Of a stretch of 64,000 nucleotides of DNA, positions 1 through 10,170 are shown one piece after another (position 1 is the stretch's first letter; each line of letters starts with the position of its first letter). Position numbers and translations under genes: made by a program. Source of the DNA: Minisyncoccia bacterium. Its GTDB lineage: Bacteria; Patescibacteriota; Minisyncoccia; Moranbacterales; GCA-2747515. The stretch spans positions 18,261 to 82,260 of the forward strand of contig JBGSQF010000006.1 of assembly GCA_041738235.1 (NCBI GenBank). The letters are read 5' to 3'. The notes beneath the pieces are model-generated. The model saw only the letters and a program-made list of their open reading frames with translations. It ran no database searches and was not told where the DNA came from.

Positions 1-157
1 TCCCATCGAACCCGGCTGGTACGCTATCTCGGTAAATTTCCTGCAAGGAAGTATTTATGACACAACAAAAAAGGATGAGGAGAGCTATCGATGGCTTCGT
101 GATCAGACCCCTGTTGCGCAAGTAGGAACATCCATTCTTATCTACCACATACAATAA
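1..157 (+). CDS. 3' end of a membrane glycosyltransferase (GT39/ArnT-PMT-like), partial
   Basis: Frame 2 reads PIEPGWYAISVNFLQGSIYD...SYRWLRDQTPVAQVGTSILIYHIQ-TAA. This C-terminus resembles those of CPR GT39-family proteins. Confidence 0.55.
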   Translation, partial: PIEPGWYAISVNFLQGSIYDTTKKDEESYRWLRDQTPVAQVGTSILIYHIQ

Positions 158-176
158 ATCTATTCCCCAGGACCAC

Positions 177-210
177 AAAAAACCGCCTCTTGCCACAGGC
201 GGTTTTCCTT
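177..210. terminator. Bidirectional intrinsic terminator
   Basis: AAAACCGCCT-cttgccac-AGGCGGTTTT between convergent genes. Confidence 0.8.
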
Positions 211-344
211 TTAATTTTTCGTACTCTTATTTTCCTGCTTGCCTATCATACATTCCCTGTTTCTTCTCCCCTACACCACAAAATCCTTCCTCAGCTCCCC
301 CCTACTATCCCACACTATCTTCCTACCTTGTTAGAGCACTATTT

Positions 345-1313
345 TCATTCCTTTTTTATCTGAGAAGTCTCTACATCATCTTTAAGGTCCTTTTGATCCC
401 CCTCTCCATCACCTTCCAATGTGATCTCAGCCTTCTTCTCCGTAAAAAACACCTTTCCATCCACTCGTAGATCAATAGATTCCAGTATATCCTTGCGATC
501 TGGAGGAAGAGCCACAAGAAATGCATAAAGAGACCGAAGTGTATCTTCAATAGAGAGATCTCTGGCCACCTTGATCTTCCAATTCTTACTCGTCTGGACC
601 TGATATTCCTCAAAGTTCTGCGGTTGATCAAAATACATAGCACTAAACTGATCTCCCAATCGACTACGAAGAAAATTGTCCCATTCAAGATACTGTGCAA
701 GCGTATCTTTTTTTATGACGCTACTTCCTAGTGATGCATCCCCACTGTCATTACTGACCACAACAGGGTATACCTTTTCGTTGTTTGCCACAATGACTTC
801 CCTGTCAGGTAATTCCTGAAAAGCATACCCTCCCTCATCAACCCCAAAACATTTCTGCAAACCACACCAATAGGCCACCATTTCACGCTCCGTAAATGTT
901 ATATGGACCGCGTTGGGAAATTTCTTTTCTATATGAATGTTACTCAATAGGAGAAATTTGTGATCCAGCCTATCCCTCATATCATCCACGGAAAAGAAAA
1001 AAAAGTTTCGATGCAAAAAAATATGCCACACCTTCTCCTGTCCATACTCGTTAACTACTGAAATAACCTCATCTTGGGTGACCGTATGTGAATCAGAGTC
1101 TATGTGCACCTCTCCTATTTCTGTATATGAAGAAAAGAATAGGAAGTAAGCACACACGCCCAAAAATGTAAAAAATAGTAACCAAAGAAAAAGAATATGA
1201 ATTTTATGCACTCGTTCTCGCCTACTCATCTCCGTCATTCCTGATCTGCCAGCAGATCTATTTCGAATACGGATAGATTTCTTTTGTATTACGATATTTT
1301 TTCGCATATACAT
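345..1313 (-). CDS. ftsQ: Cell division protein FtsQ/DivIB-like (TM + POTRA)
   Basis: Basic N-terminus, single TM, IEKKFPNAVHITFTER POTRA-end motif, C-terminal SIDLRVDGKVF. Confidence 0.75.
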   Translation of the reverse strand: MYMRKNIVIQKKSIRIRNRSAGRSGMTEMSRRERVHKIHILFLWLLFFTFLGVCAYFLFFSSYTEIGEVHIDSDSHTVTQDEVISVVNEYGQEKVWHIFLHRNFFFFSVDDMRDRLDHKFLLLSNIHIEKKFPNAVHITFTEREMVAYWCGLQKCFGVDEGGYAFQELPDREVIVANNEKVYPVVVSNDSGDASLGSSVIKKDTLAQYLEWDNFLRSRLGDQFSAMYFDQPQNFEEYQVQTSKNWKIKVARDLSIEDTLRSLYAFLVALPPDRKDILESIDLRVDGKVFFTEKKAEITLEGDGEGDQKDLKDDVETSQIKKE

Positions 1314-1361
1314 CTACAAAACTCTTTATCAATAAACTTCAAGTGAGAAATATCATATATA

Positions 1362-2258
1362 TCACAAACTCAACAAGGTGTTTTCTAGTATAAGACGGCT
1401 ATTTACCTGTGTGTTTTTGAGTAATTTTACACATTCATACATCTTTTCTACGCGTGCGAACATTATATGCATATTCTCCTTTTCCGAAAACGCTCTTTCT
1501 CGAAAAAGAAATGCCCATAATTCCAAAGTTTCTATAGCTTTTGGTATATTTTTTGAAAGCGCTTCCCCCAACCGGAGTCTTTCACCAATTCCCATGTTCT
1601 CGATCCTTAATGAGTCCTTACCGATCGATGTTCGTTCATCAAACATTTGCCTGTTTTCACTCATTTTGATCGCAAGACCAGGAAGCCCTAAGGAAAGACT
1701 CCACAAATGATCTGCGTCCGAGAATCCCCTGCTTGAAAATGACCTTTTAAAGGCCTCTCGAGAGACCATTCCAAACATTTCTTTTTCACAACGCGACAAG
1801 ATCGTAGGCAAGAGTGTATCAAGTGTATGTGCAACAAGAACGATCACGGTATTTCCAACAGGTTCTTCCAGTGTTTTAAGGATCGCATTCTGTGCTTGTA
1901 CGGTCATCTTTTGTGCTTCATCGATCAAAAGGGCCTTCCTACCATGATGTGCAGAAGAAAGGGAGACCGCTCGAACACTTTCTCGAACCACGTCAGTATC
2001 GATCTGCTTTTCCTTAACTACACCCTTTTTCTCTTCGACTTCTGGAGATATCTCAACGATATCTCCAGAAGTATCAATGGGTCCTAGGGAAGACCCCAAA
2101 TGCACAGACTCATTTACATACGCCGTAACAAAAAGATGAGCCAATGTGTGTTTTCCAGAATATTTTGGCCCAAAAAAAAGAAAGGCTTTTGAACGAGCCG
2201 GGCTCACTAAAAACTTCTCGAGACGCTCCTGTACCGCGTAATGACCGATAAAAGACAT
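1362..2258 (-). CDS. holB: DNA polymerase III delta-prime subunit
   Basis: FLFFGPKYSGK, LIDEAQKMTVQAQNAILKTLEEP and LLPTILSRC motifs. Confidence 0.9.
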   Translation of the reverse strand: MSFIGHYAVQERLEKFLVSPARSKAFLFFGPKYSGKHTLAHLFVTAYVNESVHLGSSLGPIDTSGDIVEISPEVEEKKGVVKEKQIDTDVVRESVRAVSLSSAHHGRKALLIDEAQKMTVQAQNAILKTLEEPVGNTVIVLVAHTLDTLLPTILSRCEKEMFGMVSREAFKRSFSSRGFSDADHLWSLSLGLPGLAIKMSENRQMFDERTSIGKDSLRIENMGIGERLRLGEALSKNIPKAIETLELWAFLFRERAFSEKENMHIMFARVEKMYECVKLLKNTQVNSRLILENTLLSL

Positions 2259-2321
2259 ATTTTTTTATACAATCCTTAGAAATCAGCAATGAGGATCTTA
2301 CAACGATCCCCCGAAAGATCC

Positions 2322-3440
2322 TCACTCTTGAACATTCATTTCCTCAATTGCCCCTAAGATCTTATCTCGAAAACACTTCCCAGAAAACCGAAGTGCGCGC
2401 TCACGTATAAGCTTCCTATCCCAGGTCTTTTTTTCCAAGAACCGCCTTACTGCATCCGCCACCATAACAGATACCGGCTCTTCAAAAAATATCCCGGACA
2501 CACCTTCTTCGATAGTCTCCAATGCACCTCCTTTTCCTAACGCAATGACGGGTGTTCCCACTTGCATAGCCTCCACTGTAACCATCCCAAAATCATCTTC
2601 TGCAGGAAAAATGAGAGCACGTGCGTTCACCATATAACGAAGAACCTCTGTATCGGACCTACGACCGAGAAACTTGACGGTGTTCATAGAAGATTTCTGG
2701 ATACTTCTTGCATCATAGCCATCACCAATGATCACAAGAGGCAAGTTGAGTTTTTGAAAGGCCTCGACTACTAGAGAAACATTTTTACTCTCCGTCAAAC
2801 GGGAAACCACAAGAAAATACCCTTGCTCACTCAACTGGGCATCTCGCATTGCTTCCGGATCAATATCCTCTCCCAGTGTAACTGGTGGATATATCACTTG
2901 GGCCCGTCGACGGTAATATTTATTGATACGTTTCTTTGTGTATTGAGAGTTAGCAATCAATATATCTGGACGGTCGGCTGCCATACGGTCCCAGACTCGA
3001 ATATAGCTCAATAAAGCGCGACGGCACAATGCTACTCCTCGTCCCAAACCCTTCGTATAACGCTCATTGTAATCCCACACAAATCGCATAGGCGAATGTA
3101 GATACGCGATATGTTTCGTTCTCAGTTTTGTTACAACTCCTTTGCTCCAGGCCCCTGAAGATGAGATAACTAGATCAAAGTCCCGAAGGTCAAAGGCTTC
3201 TATGGCCGATCCAAAAAAAGGCAAAAGCCATCGGTATCGACGTCGAAAAAATCTTGGAAGTTTTTGCAATATAGAAGAGTGAATAACACGATCGGAGAAT
3301 CTTCCTCCTGATAACTCTTCATCGTAGAGAAGTGTGTATATCGGGGCCTCCGGAAACATATCTGCGAGCTCCCGAAGTACCCGTTCCGCACCTCCAAACG
3401 TCATCAAAAAATCGTGCACGATCACCACTTTCTTTTCCAT
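2322..3440 (-). CDS. GT4 (GT-B) glycosyltransferase
   Basis: HDFLMTFGGAERV and EDDFGMVTVEAMQVGTPVIA motifs. Start taken at MEKKVV (3440). Confidence 0.9.
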   Translation of the reverse strand: MEKKVVIVHDFLMTFGGAERVLRELADMFPEAPIYTLLYDEELSGGRFSDRVIHSSILQKLPRFFRRRYRWLLPFFGSAIEAFDLRDFDLVISSSGAWSKGVVTKLRTKHIAYLHSPMRFVWDYNERYTKGLGRGVALCRRALLSYIRVWDRMAADRPDILIANSQYTKKRINKYYRRRAQVIYPPVTLGEDIDPEAMRDAQLSEQGYFLVVSRLTESKNVSLVVEAFQKLNLPLVIIGDGYDARSIQKSSMNTVKFLGRRSDTEVLRYMVNARALIFPAEDDFGMVTVEAMQVGTPVIALGKGGALETIEEGVSGIFFEEPVSVMVADAVRRFLEKKTWDRKLIRERALRFSGKCFRDKILGAIEEMNVQE

Positions 3441-3574
3441 AAAAATATCACTAAAAATACAGGAATTGATGTATTTTCCACATCCCCAGTATACCATCCA
3501 TCCGAACTTCCCGAAAGACACTGGCTCGCTACCCCGAAAGAGCAGAACCCTTTAAAGGGTCAAAGGATATAATA

Positions 3575-3603
3575 TTGACTTTCAATGATATTTTTGTTAT
3601 TCT
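3575..3603 (+). promoter_or_regulatory. Sigma70 promoter of the tRNA operon
   Basis: TTGACT-17 bp-TATTCT with an extended TGn, 25 bp upstream of tRNA-Lys. Confidence 0.7.
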
Positions 3604-3628
3604 CTAAGGGTATTTTTGAGATCTTCAT

Positions 3629-3701
3629 GCGCCCATAGCTCAGCTGGTAGAGCAGTTGGCTCTTAACCAAACGGTCGTAGGTTCGAATCCTACTGGGCGC
3701 A
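3629..3701 (+). tRNA. tRNA-Lys(CTT)
   Basis: GCGCCCA/TGGGCGC acceptor stem, anticodon loop CT-CTT-AA, T-loop GTTCGAATC. Confidence 0.95.
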
Positions 3702-3733
3702 CTAAAGACCTGTGTGAACATCTAATGAATTGA

Positions 3734-3805
3734 GCCCCGATAGCTCAATGGATAGAGCAGGAGTCTTCTAAGCTCTTGATGGGGGTTCGATTCCCTCTCG
3801 GGGTA
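3734..3805 (+). tRNA. tRNA-Arg(TCT)
   Basis: GCCCCGA/TCGGGGT acceptor stem, anticodon loop CT-TCT-AA. Confidence 0.95.
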
Positions 3806-3842
3806 CACAAAGAGCATTTTGAAGAGTGTGGCAAAGATATAT

Positions 3843-3915
3843 GGCGATTATCGTCTAATGGTTAAGACATCGGTTTGTGGTACCGAGAATCTGGGTTCGA
3901 TTCCCAGTAATCGCC
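3843..3915 (+). tRNA. tRNA-His(GTG)
   Basis: 8-bp acceptor GGCGATTA/TAATCGCC including G-1:C73, anticodon loop TT-GTG-GT. Confidence 0.95.
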
Positions 3916-3941
3916 CAGGTAGGTCACTGGAAGATATAGGG

Positions 3942-4015
3942 GCGCCCGTAGCTCAGTGGATTAGAGTACTTGGCTTCGAACCAAGGGGTCGCAGGTTCGA
4001 GTCCTGCCGGGCGCA
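3942..4015 (+). tRNA. tRNA-Arg(TCG)
   Basis: GCGCCCG/CGGGCGC acceptor stem, anticodon arm CTTGG-CT-TCG-AA-CCAAG. Confidence 0.95.
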
Positions 4016-4017
4016 CT

Positions 4018-4048
4018 AAAAAAACCAACCCTAAAGGTTGGTTTTTTG
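4018..4048. terminator. Bidirectional terminator between the tRNA operon and the pil locus
   Basis: AAAAAACCAACC-ctaa-aGGTTGGTTTTTT. Confidence 0.85.
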
Positions 4049-4058
4049 TAAAAAAAGA

Positions 4059-4358
4059 TCATTCATAAAACAGGTCACGCTTTATAACAGCATTTCCAGA
4101 TGGGATCTTTCTCTCTTCCAAAACATCAAGGATCTCCCCAAACTTCTTCATATCCAAACTTTCTCCTTCTGATTCTAAGATCTTTACTTTTACGGCTTCA
4201 ATATGATCTTGTGGAGCATAAAACATAGTATACCACTCAAATATCCCAAGGCAGGACACTATCATGAATAAAACAAAGAAGATCGATCCCCAATGACGCA
4301 TCCATAGAGATCCTATTCTCTTAAAAAACAAACTGACCTTTCTAACCAGTAAATTCAT
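4059..4358 (-). CDS. Small single-TM protein ending the pilMNO cluster
   Basis: 99-aa ORF with one TM, co-oriented after pilO. Confidence 0.6.
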   Translation of the reverse strand: MNLLVRKVSLFFKRIGSLWMRHWGSIFFVLFMIVSCLGIFEWYTMFYAPQDHIEAVKVKILESEGESLDMKKFGEILDVLEERKIPSGNAVIKRDLFYE

Positions 4359-4419
4359 AACACCAAAACTTCTTTAAGAATAAATATTGTTCTCCTTGCA
4401 AAAAACTCAACCAGATCAC

Positions 4420-5100
4420 CTAACTCTTCAATTCCCAAAACTGCATAAAAGAAAGCACAGCATTCGTCACAACCTTTTTCCCAGCCGGTACCTGTTCTTG
4501 CTCAGAACTCCCCTCAGAAGAGACTGTAGATTGACCTGCTTCCTGATCTTCTTTTTCCATTTTTATACTCTCAAAAGATGCTACAGGACTCATTCTATCC
4601 AACCGGTCAAGATAACTCATAGTAGCTGAGTATGTTCCGCGGATCTCTACAAAAAACGTGAATTGATTTTTCTCCTGTTCAGCCTGTTCTTTCTTTTCTT
4701 GGTCCGTTCTTGTGTCCTTTGTGGCAACTGGCGTTTTTGCTTTTGGTTTTTTTACGGGTCCCTCTTGAATGTCCAACTTAACCTCAACGCCCGATAACTG
4801 AGCCATTGATTCAAGCTTTTCAATGGTGTTAATAAGGTCCTCCTTTCGCACAAATATATCTTGTAATGCTCCCTCTTTTTCCCGAACGAATTCGTAACGA
4901 CGCAAAATATCTTCCCTTTGTTTTATCTTTTCGGTGTTAATCTCATCACGGGCCAAGAGGTTCTCAACAGAACCTTGCTTCTGTTGCACTGAACGAAAGA
5001 CCCAAAACAGAAAATACGAACCAGCTATTAACCCCACCAAGATAAAGGCGGATGTGATGAAAAAAAATTTAGTATGCGCATTGATCCTCATAAACTCCAA
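4420..5100 (-). CDS. pilO: PilO-like type IV pilus assembly protein
   Basis: TM + coiled coil + ferredoxin-like segment (VEIRGTYSATMSYLDRLD); follows pilM-pilN. Confidence 0.7.
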   Translation of the reverse strand: MEFMRINAHTKFFFITSAFILVGLIAGSYFLFWVFRSVQQKQGSVENLLARDEINTEKIKQREDILRRYEFVREKEGALQDIFVRKEDLINTIEKLESMAQLSGVEVKLDIQEGPVKKPKAKTPVATKDTRTDQEKKEQAEQEKNQFTFFVEIRGTYSATMSYLDRLDRMSPVASFESIKMEKEDQEAGQSTVSSEGSSEQEQVPAGKKVVTNAVLSFMQFWELKS

Positions 5101-5121
5101 AATACAAATAACTCTAAATAA

Positions 5122-5670
5122 TCAGAAACACTTCGGTTGAATCGAAATCTCCATTTCAAAATCGATACTTTCCTTTTGTGCTATCTGAGAAAGAGGCAAC
5201 TTGACATCTGTAAAACACTCGATCTTTTGTAAGCTCTCTTGAAATACCAATAAATTTTCCCGATTATCAGAGTGTCCCACTATCTTTAATTTTCCTTCCT
5301 CTATTGATATGGATGAGAACATAACCCCTCCAGGGGAATTTGATTCTATAGCATGGTATACCCAAATAAGATTCTTCTGTTGCTTTAGTAGCTTCTCGGC
5401 CATTGGGATCTTGGCCTGCACCTGAGAAAACTCTTTCTCATAAAATAAAATGTCAGCATAAGACTTATCCTGTTGTTCCCGCTCAGAGACCCTGTTCAAT
5501 ACGGATCGCTCTTCCAAACTCAATAAAAACCACACACCCGAAAGCAGGCTCCCTAGAAAAATAACCAGAAAAAGGAGCCCCACTTCCTGACGTATCAGGT
5601 CCCGATATAACTTTGAAAGACGGAGGTTTTCCTTTCTTTCAGGGGGAAGAATATTAAGAAATGTCTTCAT
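5122..5670 (-). CDS. pilN: PilN type IV pilus assembly protein
   Basis: N-terminal LNILP PilM-binding motif, TM, position after pilM. Confidence 0.8.
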   Translation of the reverse strand: MKTFLNILPPERKENLRLSKLYRDLIRQEVGLLFLVIFLGSLLSGVWFLLSLEERSVLNRVSEREQQDKSYADILFYEKEFSQVQAKIPMAEKLLKQQKNLIWVYHAIESNSPGGVMFSSISIEEGKLKIVGHSDNRENLLVFQESLQKIECFTDVKLPLSQIAQKESIDFEMEISIQPKCF

Positions 5671-6745
5671 ATGTATATTGTAATCCCTGCCAAGCGAGTC
5701 CTATGGCTGTTGAGTAACGTAATGCATCTTGATAGGGTATTGTCGGAATAGCCTTTCCCAAATTCATTCGAGCCCATGGATCTCCTCTCTGCACCGTCTT
5801 CCCCAATCTTTTACCAAGGTATACAGGCAGTCCTTCGGTGTTTGCGCCACCACCACATAAAATTACTCTATCAACTGAATGAGAAAATTTTAATCCGCCT
5901 ACAAAAAAATCCATAGACGTTTGAATATGCTGAATAAGATTCTCCATAATGGATTCGACTCCCTGAAACACTGGATCCCTTTTAACAAATGATCCGATTC
6001 CTTGTTCATATTTTATCTTTTCTGCCTCTTCTTGGGGCACGTGTAGGGTCTTGGCTATGGCATCCGTCATCATTTGGGAAGAAAGGGAAATGCTCGACGT
6101 AAAGCATGGTGTTCCTCCAACTGCAAACGTAAACGTGGTCCTTCTATCACCAAAATCCACCACAAGAACCGTTTCAGCGCTGTCCACCTCCTCCGCCAGT
6201 AAGCTTTGAACCTGTGCCACAGATTCAGTGCCCATACCAATTGTCTGCAATCCAGCCAACTCCAGGACACCCAAAAAAGAATCCACTACACCCCTCGCCA
6301 CGGCCACCATCAAAATACTCATCTTCTTTGGATCCTTTGAGAAACTTTTTTGAAGTGGGGTCCAGTCATAATACAACTGATCCAAACCCATTGGAATATT
6401 TTCCTCAACTTGCCATCGAATCGCCTCCTCTAATTGCTCATGTTTCAAAAATGGGACCTCGATAACACGCAAAAAAGATTTTCCTTCAGGTAAAGAACAA
6501 AATACCTTTTTGGTACGGATCCGTGATGCCTTTAAACAGTTCAGTATGGATTCACGAACGCCTTCAGGATTTTTGATTTCTCCATCAACGATATTTCCGG
6601 GGGCAACAGAATAAGAAGCATACCTCGAAACATTACAATGTTTCCCAGAAAGACCCAGTTGGACCACTTTCACAGAAAGATCACTCAGATCAAGTCCAAA
6701 GGGTAATTGTTTAGGAAGAAAGATTGGATCATAAAAAATATTCAT
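5654..6745 (-). CDS. pilM: PilM actin-like pilus assembly protein
   Basis: GLDLSDLSVKVVQL, VVDFGDRRT, ILCGGGA and YSTAIGLA motifs. Confidence 0.92.
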   Translation of the reverse strand: MNIFYDPIFLPKQLPFGLDLSDLSVKVVQLGLSGKHCNVSRYASYSVAPGNIVDGEIKNPEGVRESILNCLKASRIRTKKVFCSLPEGKSFLRVIEVPFLKHEQLEEAIRWQVEENIPMGLDQLYYDWTPLQKSFSKDPKKMSILMVAVARGVVDSFLGVLELAGLQTIGMGTESVAQVQSLLAEEVDSAETVLVVDFGDRRTTFTFAVGGTPCFTSSISLSSQMMTDAIAKTLHVPQEEAEKIKYEQGIGSFVKRDPVFQGVESIMENLIQHIQTSMDFFVGGLKFSHSVDRVILCGGGANTEGLPVYLGKRLGKTVQRGDPWARMNLGKAIPTIPYQDALRYSTAIGLAWQGLQYTYEDIS

Positions 6746-6757
6746 ACCTACAGTATA

Positions 6758-8173
6758 TTATAATTCCTCCCAAAGGTCGATAGCATAATGTGTTCCTGTT
6801 GGAAAGTAAGGAGGCGGAGTATATAAAAAGTTGTTATCATAAACGATATCCCTTGTTGTATATCCCCAATCTTGTGCCCCGTTCGTCCAAGCAAATCCGT
6901 ATCGCCCCCTTGTTGCCAGGGAACCAAACACTGTTATCCTGCTTTTATGATCACTTGTTCCATAATCTGGCCTACCAACTCGCCCATTTTGAGCTATAAG
7001 CGCTGCATCAATCCGCAGATCATCTTCGCTACTCTTTATTACATCAATATTATTTTGTGCTATAAGACCAATCGTTTCGGATCCGTCATAACGAGTATAT
7101 AAAATATCCTTTTTGAGATATATATTTTTTTGACTTCCGCCTGACATATCCGCGGCAACAACCGTTACCATTTTTCCATCAACTCTCCCGTCAACCCAAA
7201 CATCATCCTCTACAAATATCACACCATTGTTAGGTATTGTATACGATGTTGCTGAAGTTTCCTTAGTGATGTCATTATAGGCATCCACGTTCTTCACCTT
7301 ACGAACACTGACTGTACCATTTGAATTTAACGTAATGTGTCTCCCAAGGTTTGAGTCATTAAAATAGAGATTACCATTCGAGCTCCTGTCCGTACAATAT
7401 GATCCCGGTGTCAAGCATCCGGACTCCCCTTTCATAAAAGCAAGATCAGCAGTCACTCCATTAAAACTCGGCCCAGTTTTTGGAAATTCCTTTCCACCAA
7501 GAAACACATCGCTCCCCATATTTGCATTATACTCATTGGTCCAACTAGTCCACACGCCATCTCGCATATCAACCGCAACAGTATCAGGGTCATCGTATGT
7601 CTCTCGAGCACTCGAAATCACATTATGAGCAACCCCATCAAAACGAATCCCGCCATTTGAGTGAATTGGTCCTTGTACCTCCGTCCCGTCCCCGAACCGA
7701 ATATCAGAATCGCATAACACCGAGAATTCACTCCATGACGGTTGTCGAAATCGAACCCTAATAGTTCGAATTCGAGACGGATCCTTGTACAGATATCCAG
7801 TGGATTCAACCATGGCCACTGTTGAATTTCCATTTGGCGGCGTAACCGTGATCGAATACTCTCCAATGCCCTCATATTCGGAAACATAGGGAACATCCAC
7901 ACCAAAAGGAGATCCGTTTTCCCAAAAATCTTGAATCTGTTGCTTTGTTCTCCCCTCGACCTGATGGGCTAAGTACCAACGATAGAAATAGATCCCGGAT
8001 TCAGCAGCATGAAGCGCACGCTCTTGTGTCACCTTTTTGTTGGCATACTGAATCTGTGAGGTTATAACTCGTATAAAACCAGAAAACAAGATAGAGCTAA
8101 TCACCAAAATGATCAGAGTGTATACAAGAACACTTCCCGTAGCATGCTTATTTTTTCTATTGGGCGCGATCAT
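6758..8173 (-). CDS. PilX-like large minor pilin
   Basis: G|SVLVYTLIILVI N-terminus and ALHAAESGI PilX motif. Start taken at MIAPN. Confidence 0.75.
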   Translation of the reverse strand: MIAPNRKNKHATGSVLVYTLIILVISSILFSGFIRVITSQIQYANKKVTQERALHAAESGIYFYRWYLAHQVEGRTKQQIQDFWENGSPFGVDVPYVSEYEGIGEYSITVTPPNGNSTVAMVESTGYLYKDPSRIRTIRVRFRQPSWSEFSVLCDSDIRFGDGTEVQGPIHSNGGIRFDGVAHNVISSARETYDDPDTVAVDMRDGVWTSWTNEYNANMGSDVFLGGKEFPKTGPSFNGVTADLAFMKGESGCLTPGSYCTDRSSNGNLYFNDSNLGRHITLNSNGTVSVRKVKNVDAYNDITKETSATSYTIPNNGVIFVEDDVWVDGRVDGKMVTVVAADMSGGSQKNIYLKKDILYTRYDGSETIGLIAQNNIDVIKSSEDDLRIDAALIAQNGRVGRPDYGTSDHKSRITVFGSLATRGRYGFAWTNGAQDWGYTTRDIVYDNNFLYTPPPYFPTGTHYAIDLWEEL

Positions 8174-8774
8174 ATTCAGAAAGATTACGAATAGAAGCAA
8201 ATGATTGAAAATGAGTGGCCGCCGGAGAGGAACTGGGATTTATATCCACATAAAGATCAATACCGATCATACGAACTACACTAATAGAAAAACTCCCTGT
8301 CAACTCACTATTTCCATTATCATAAAAAGAGAACACGTCTCCCGGATATGGTTCGAAACCGTTTCTTACGTCCGACAAAAAAATACTGACCACTTCTTGA
8401 TTCGTCGGATAAGTAGCCGGACTTCCAACCGGATCAATAATCCCCATACGGAGATTTGTTCCATCAAGAAATATTCGAACACGTTCTATATCTCCATCTT
8501 CATCCTGATCAGCAAAAAAAATCACTTCGGTCGGATCGGCTAATTTCAGAGCATACTCTCCAGCATCTGACTGTCTCATATTCCGGAAAAGTGAAACTAG
8601 AGAGGTAACGGTCTGAGATGCTTTATACTGAGCCTGCGCACTATCTATGGCAAATTGTTGCAAAGGCCAAATATTTACAAAATACAGCACAACACCAAAC
8701 ATTGTCATAGATAATATCCCGATAGCAACGATCATCTCCACCAAGGAGAGTCCTTTGTAAAAATAGTTTTTCAT
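8157..8774 (-). CDS. Type IV minor pilin (PilW/GspJ-like)
   Basis: Class III signal KG|LSLVEMIVAIGI. Confidence 0.8.
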   Translation of the reverse strand: MKNYFYKGLSLVEMIVAIGILSMTMFGVVLYFVNIWPLQQFAIDSAQAQYKASQTVTSLVSLFRNMRQSDAGEYALKLADPTEVIFFADQDEDGDIERVRIFLDGTNLRMGIIDPVGSPATYPTNQEVVSIFLSDVRNGFEPYPGDVFSFYDNGNSELTGSFSISVVRMIGIDLYVDINPSSSPAATHFQSFASIRNLSEYDRAQ

Positions 8775-8784
8775 ATAGTTCCTT

Positions 8785-10149
8785 TTAGTCTGCATGGAGA
8801 GAAACAGTTACCTCCTCCAGTCCCACAAGAGTCACGGTCTCAGTTTCAGAATGATATCCAGCTAGATCCACCTGGATATCATACGACTCCCCAAGCGTAA
8901 GCTCATTTGCATTCGTTGGAAAATACCCAAAACCATACAAACCACTCATTTGCGTTGCATCATATAATCCCCCACCCCCCGTAACATGGATTGTTGCTCC
9001 CGGTAACTCCACACCGGAAGCATTGTCTACCACTTTGACAAAAATACCGGGATCCGTTTTCTTGAGTAAGATAATATCAGTACTAACGGTCCCCCCATAA
9101 GGGAATAACACGATTTCAGGGTCATCACCAGACAGGCCTGATTTCCAAAACACGTAGTCTGTTTCACTTGTATCTAAAGAAAAGGTATATGTGCCACCGC
9201 TTCTATCAGTAAAGTGGATGTCTCCATTTTCATCCGATGTACTTGATTCATTTTTATATTCATAATCCGTTGGAAGAGCATTGTTATCAAGTCGCCTCCC
9301 ACCAGATAACAAAAAGGCAATATCAGGAAATGAATTTCCAAAAGGATCTTTTACATGAAAAGTAATATCCGTTAAAGGATTTAATTCAAAATTACCCACA
9401 TTAATAGCTCCATTTGCAACAATAACAGGGGGATTTTTTGGAGGAAACGCCCCCACAGGAGGATACGGAAGAGTCTCCAATGTTTCATACCCAGACTTCG
9501 TAAGGCGTATAGTATACCCAACATCACTCACGGGTACTCCCAGTAAAAACAAATTACCCGTATTATCGGTAGAAAAATTCCCCGCTATCCCAGTGATCGT
9601 CACATGAACACCAGAAACAGGATTACCCGCGTTATTATAAACATTTATCGACAGTGCGCCCGTATTTGGGATCTCCTGTTCAATTCCCGGAGGAACAAAC
9701 CGAGCAACCATCTCCACATGTTGCTCAGAACTTCTCGCTCCCCATTCAACGGAGATAAATACCTTTTTATAATCATTTGGCACAGCATCCGTAGATGTTA
9801 GTAGTGTCCCGTCATTCGGGTCATCTTCATATTGAACGGTAGTGCTAATATAAAAGTGTCCCGTCCCAAAATCCTTCTCTTCATTTGGCACCATAACACA
9901 ATGACTCACACATGAAGGCACGCCCCCATCAAACCCAACGTCTTCATAGGGAAGATTGCGTATTCTCTCCATCTGCTCGTTCGCTAAATTCATTGCTTGT
10001 AAGCGCCTTTGCGCATCCAAAATACGAACCATTCCCAAAGAAAAAGCAGAATAAAATGTTAAAGCCATCACGGAAAATACAAATACAACGATCAAACTCT
10101 CGATAAGGGTCGTGCCCCTCAAATAAAAACGTGCTTGCTTTTTCCCCAT
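8785..10149 (-). CDS. Minor pilin with C-terminal carboxypeptidase-regulatory-like beta-sandwich repeats
   Basis: RG|TTLIESLIVV prepilin motif; repeated V-x-N/D...G-x-P-V/L-x-G-A/V-x-V...GY modules. Confidence 0.75.
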   Translation of the reverse strand: MGKKQARFYLRGTTLIESLIVVFVFSVMALTFYSAFSLGMVRILDAQRRLQAMNLANEQMERIRNLPYEDVGFDGGVPSCVSHCVMVPNEEKDFGTGHFYISTTVQYEDDPNDGTLLTSTDAVPNDYKKVFISVEWGARSSEQHVEMVARFVPPGIEQEIPNTGALSINVYNNAGNPVSGVHVTITGIAGNFSTDNTGNLFLLGVPVSDVGYTIRLTKSGYETLETLPYPPVGAFPPKNPPVIVANGAINVGNFELNPLTDITFHVKDPFGNSFPDIAFLLSGGRRLDNNALPTDYEYKNESSTSDENGDIHFTDRSGGTYTFSLDTSETDYVFWKSGLSGDDPEIVLFPYGGTVSTDIILLKKTDPGIFVKVVDNASGVELPGATIHVTGGGGLYDATQMSGLYGFGYFPTNANELTLGESYDIQVDLAGYHSETETVTLVGLEEVTVSLHAD

Positions 10150-10170
10150 ACAAAACAAAGTTTAACGTCC

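Noticed and set aside
3500-3560. Repeated CCCGAAAGA as a structured ncRNA
   Set aside because: Only two 9-mers between divergent promoters, with no convincing fold.
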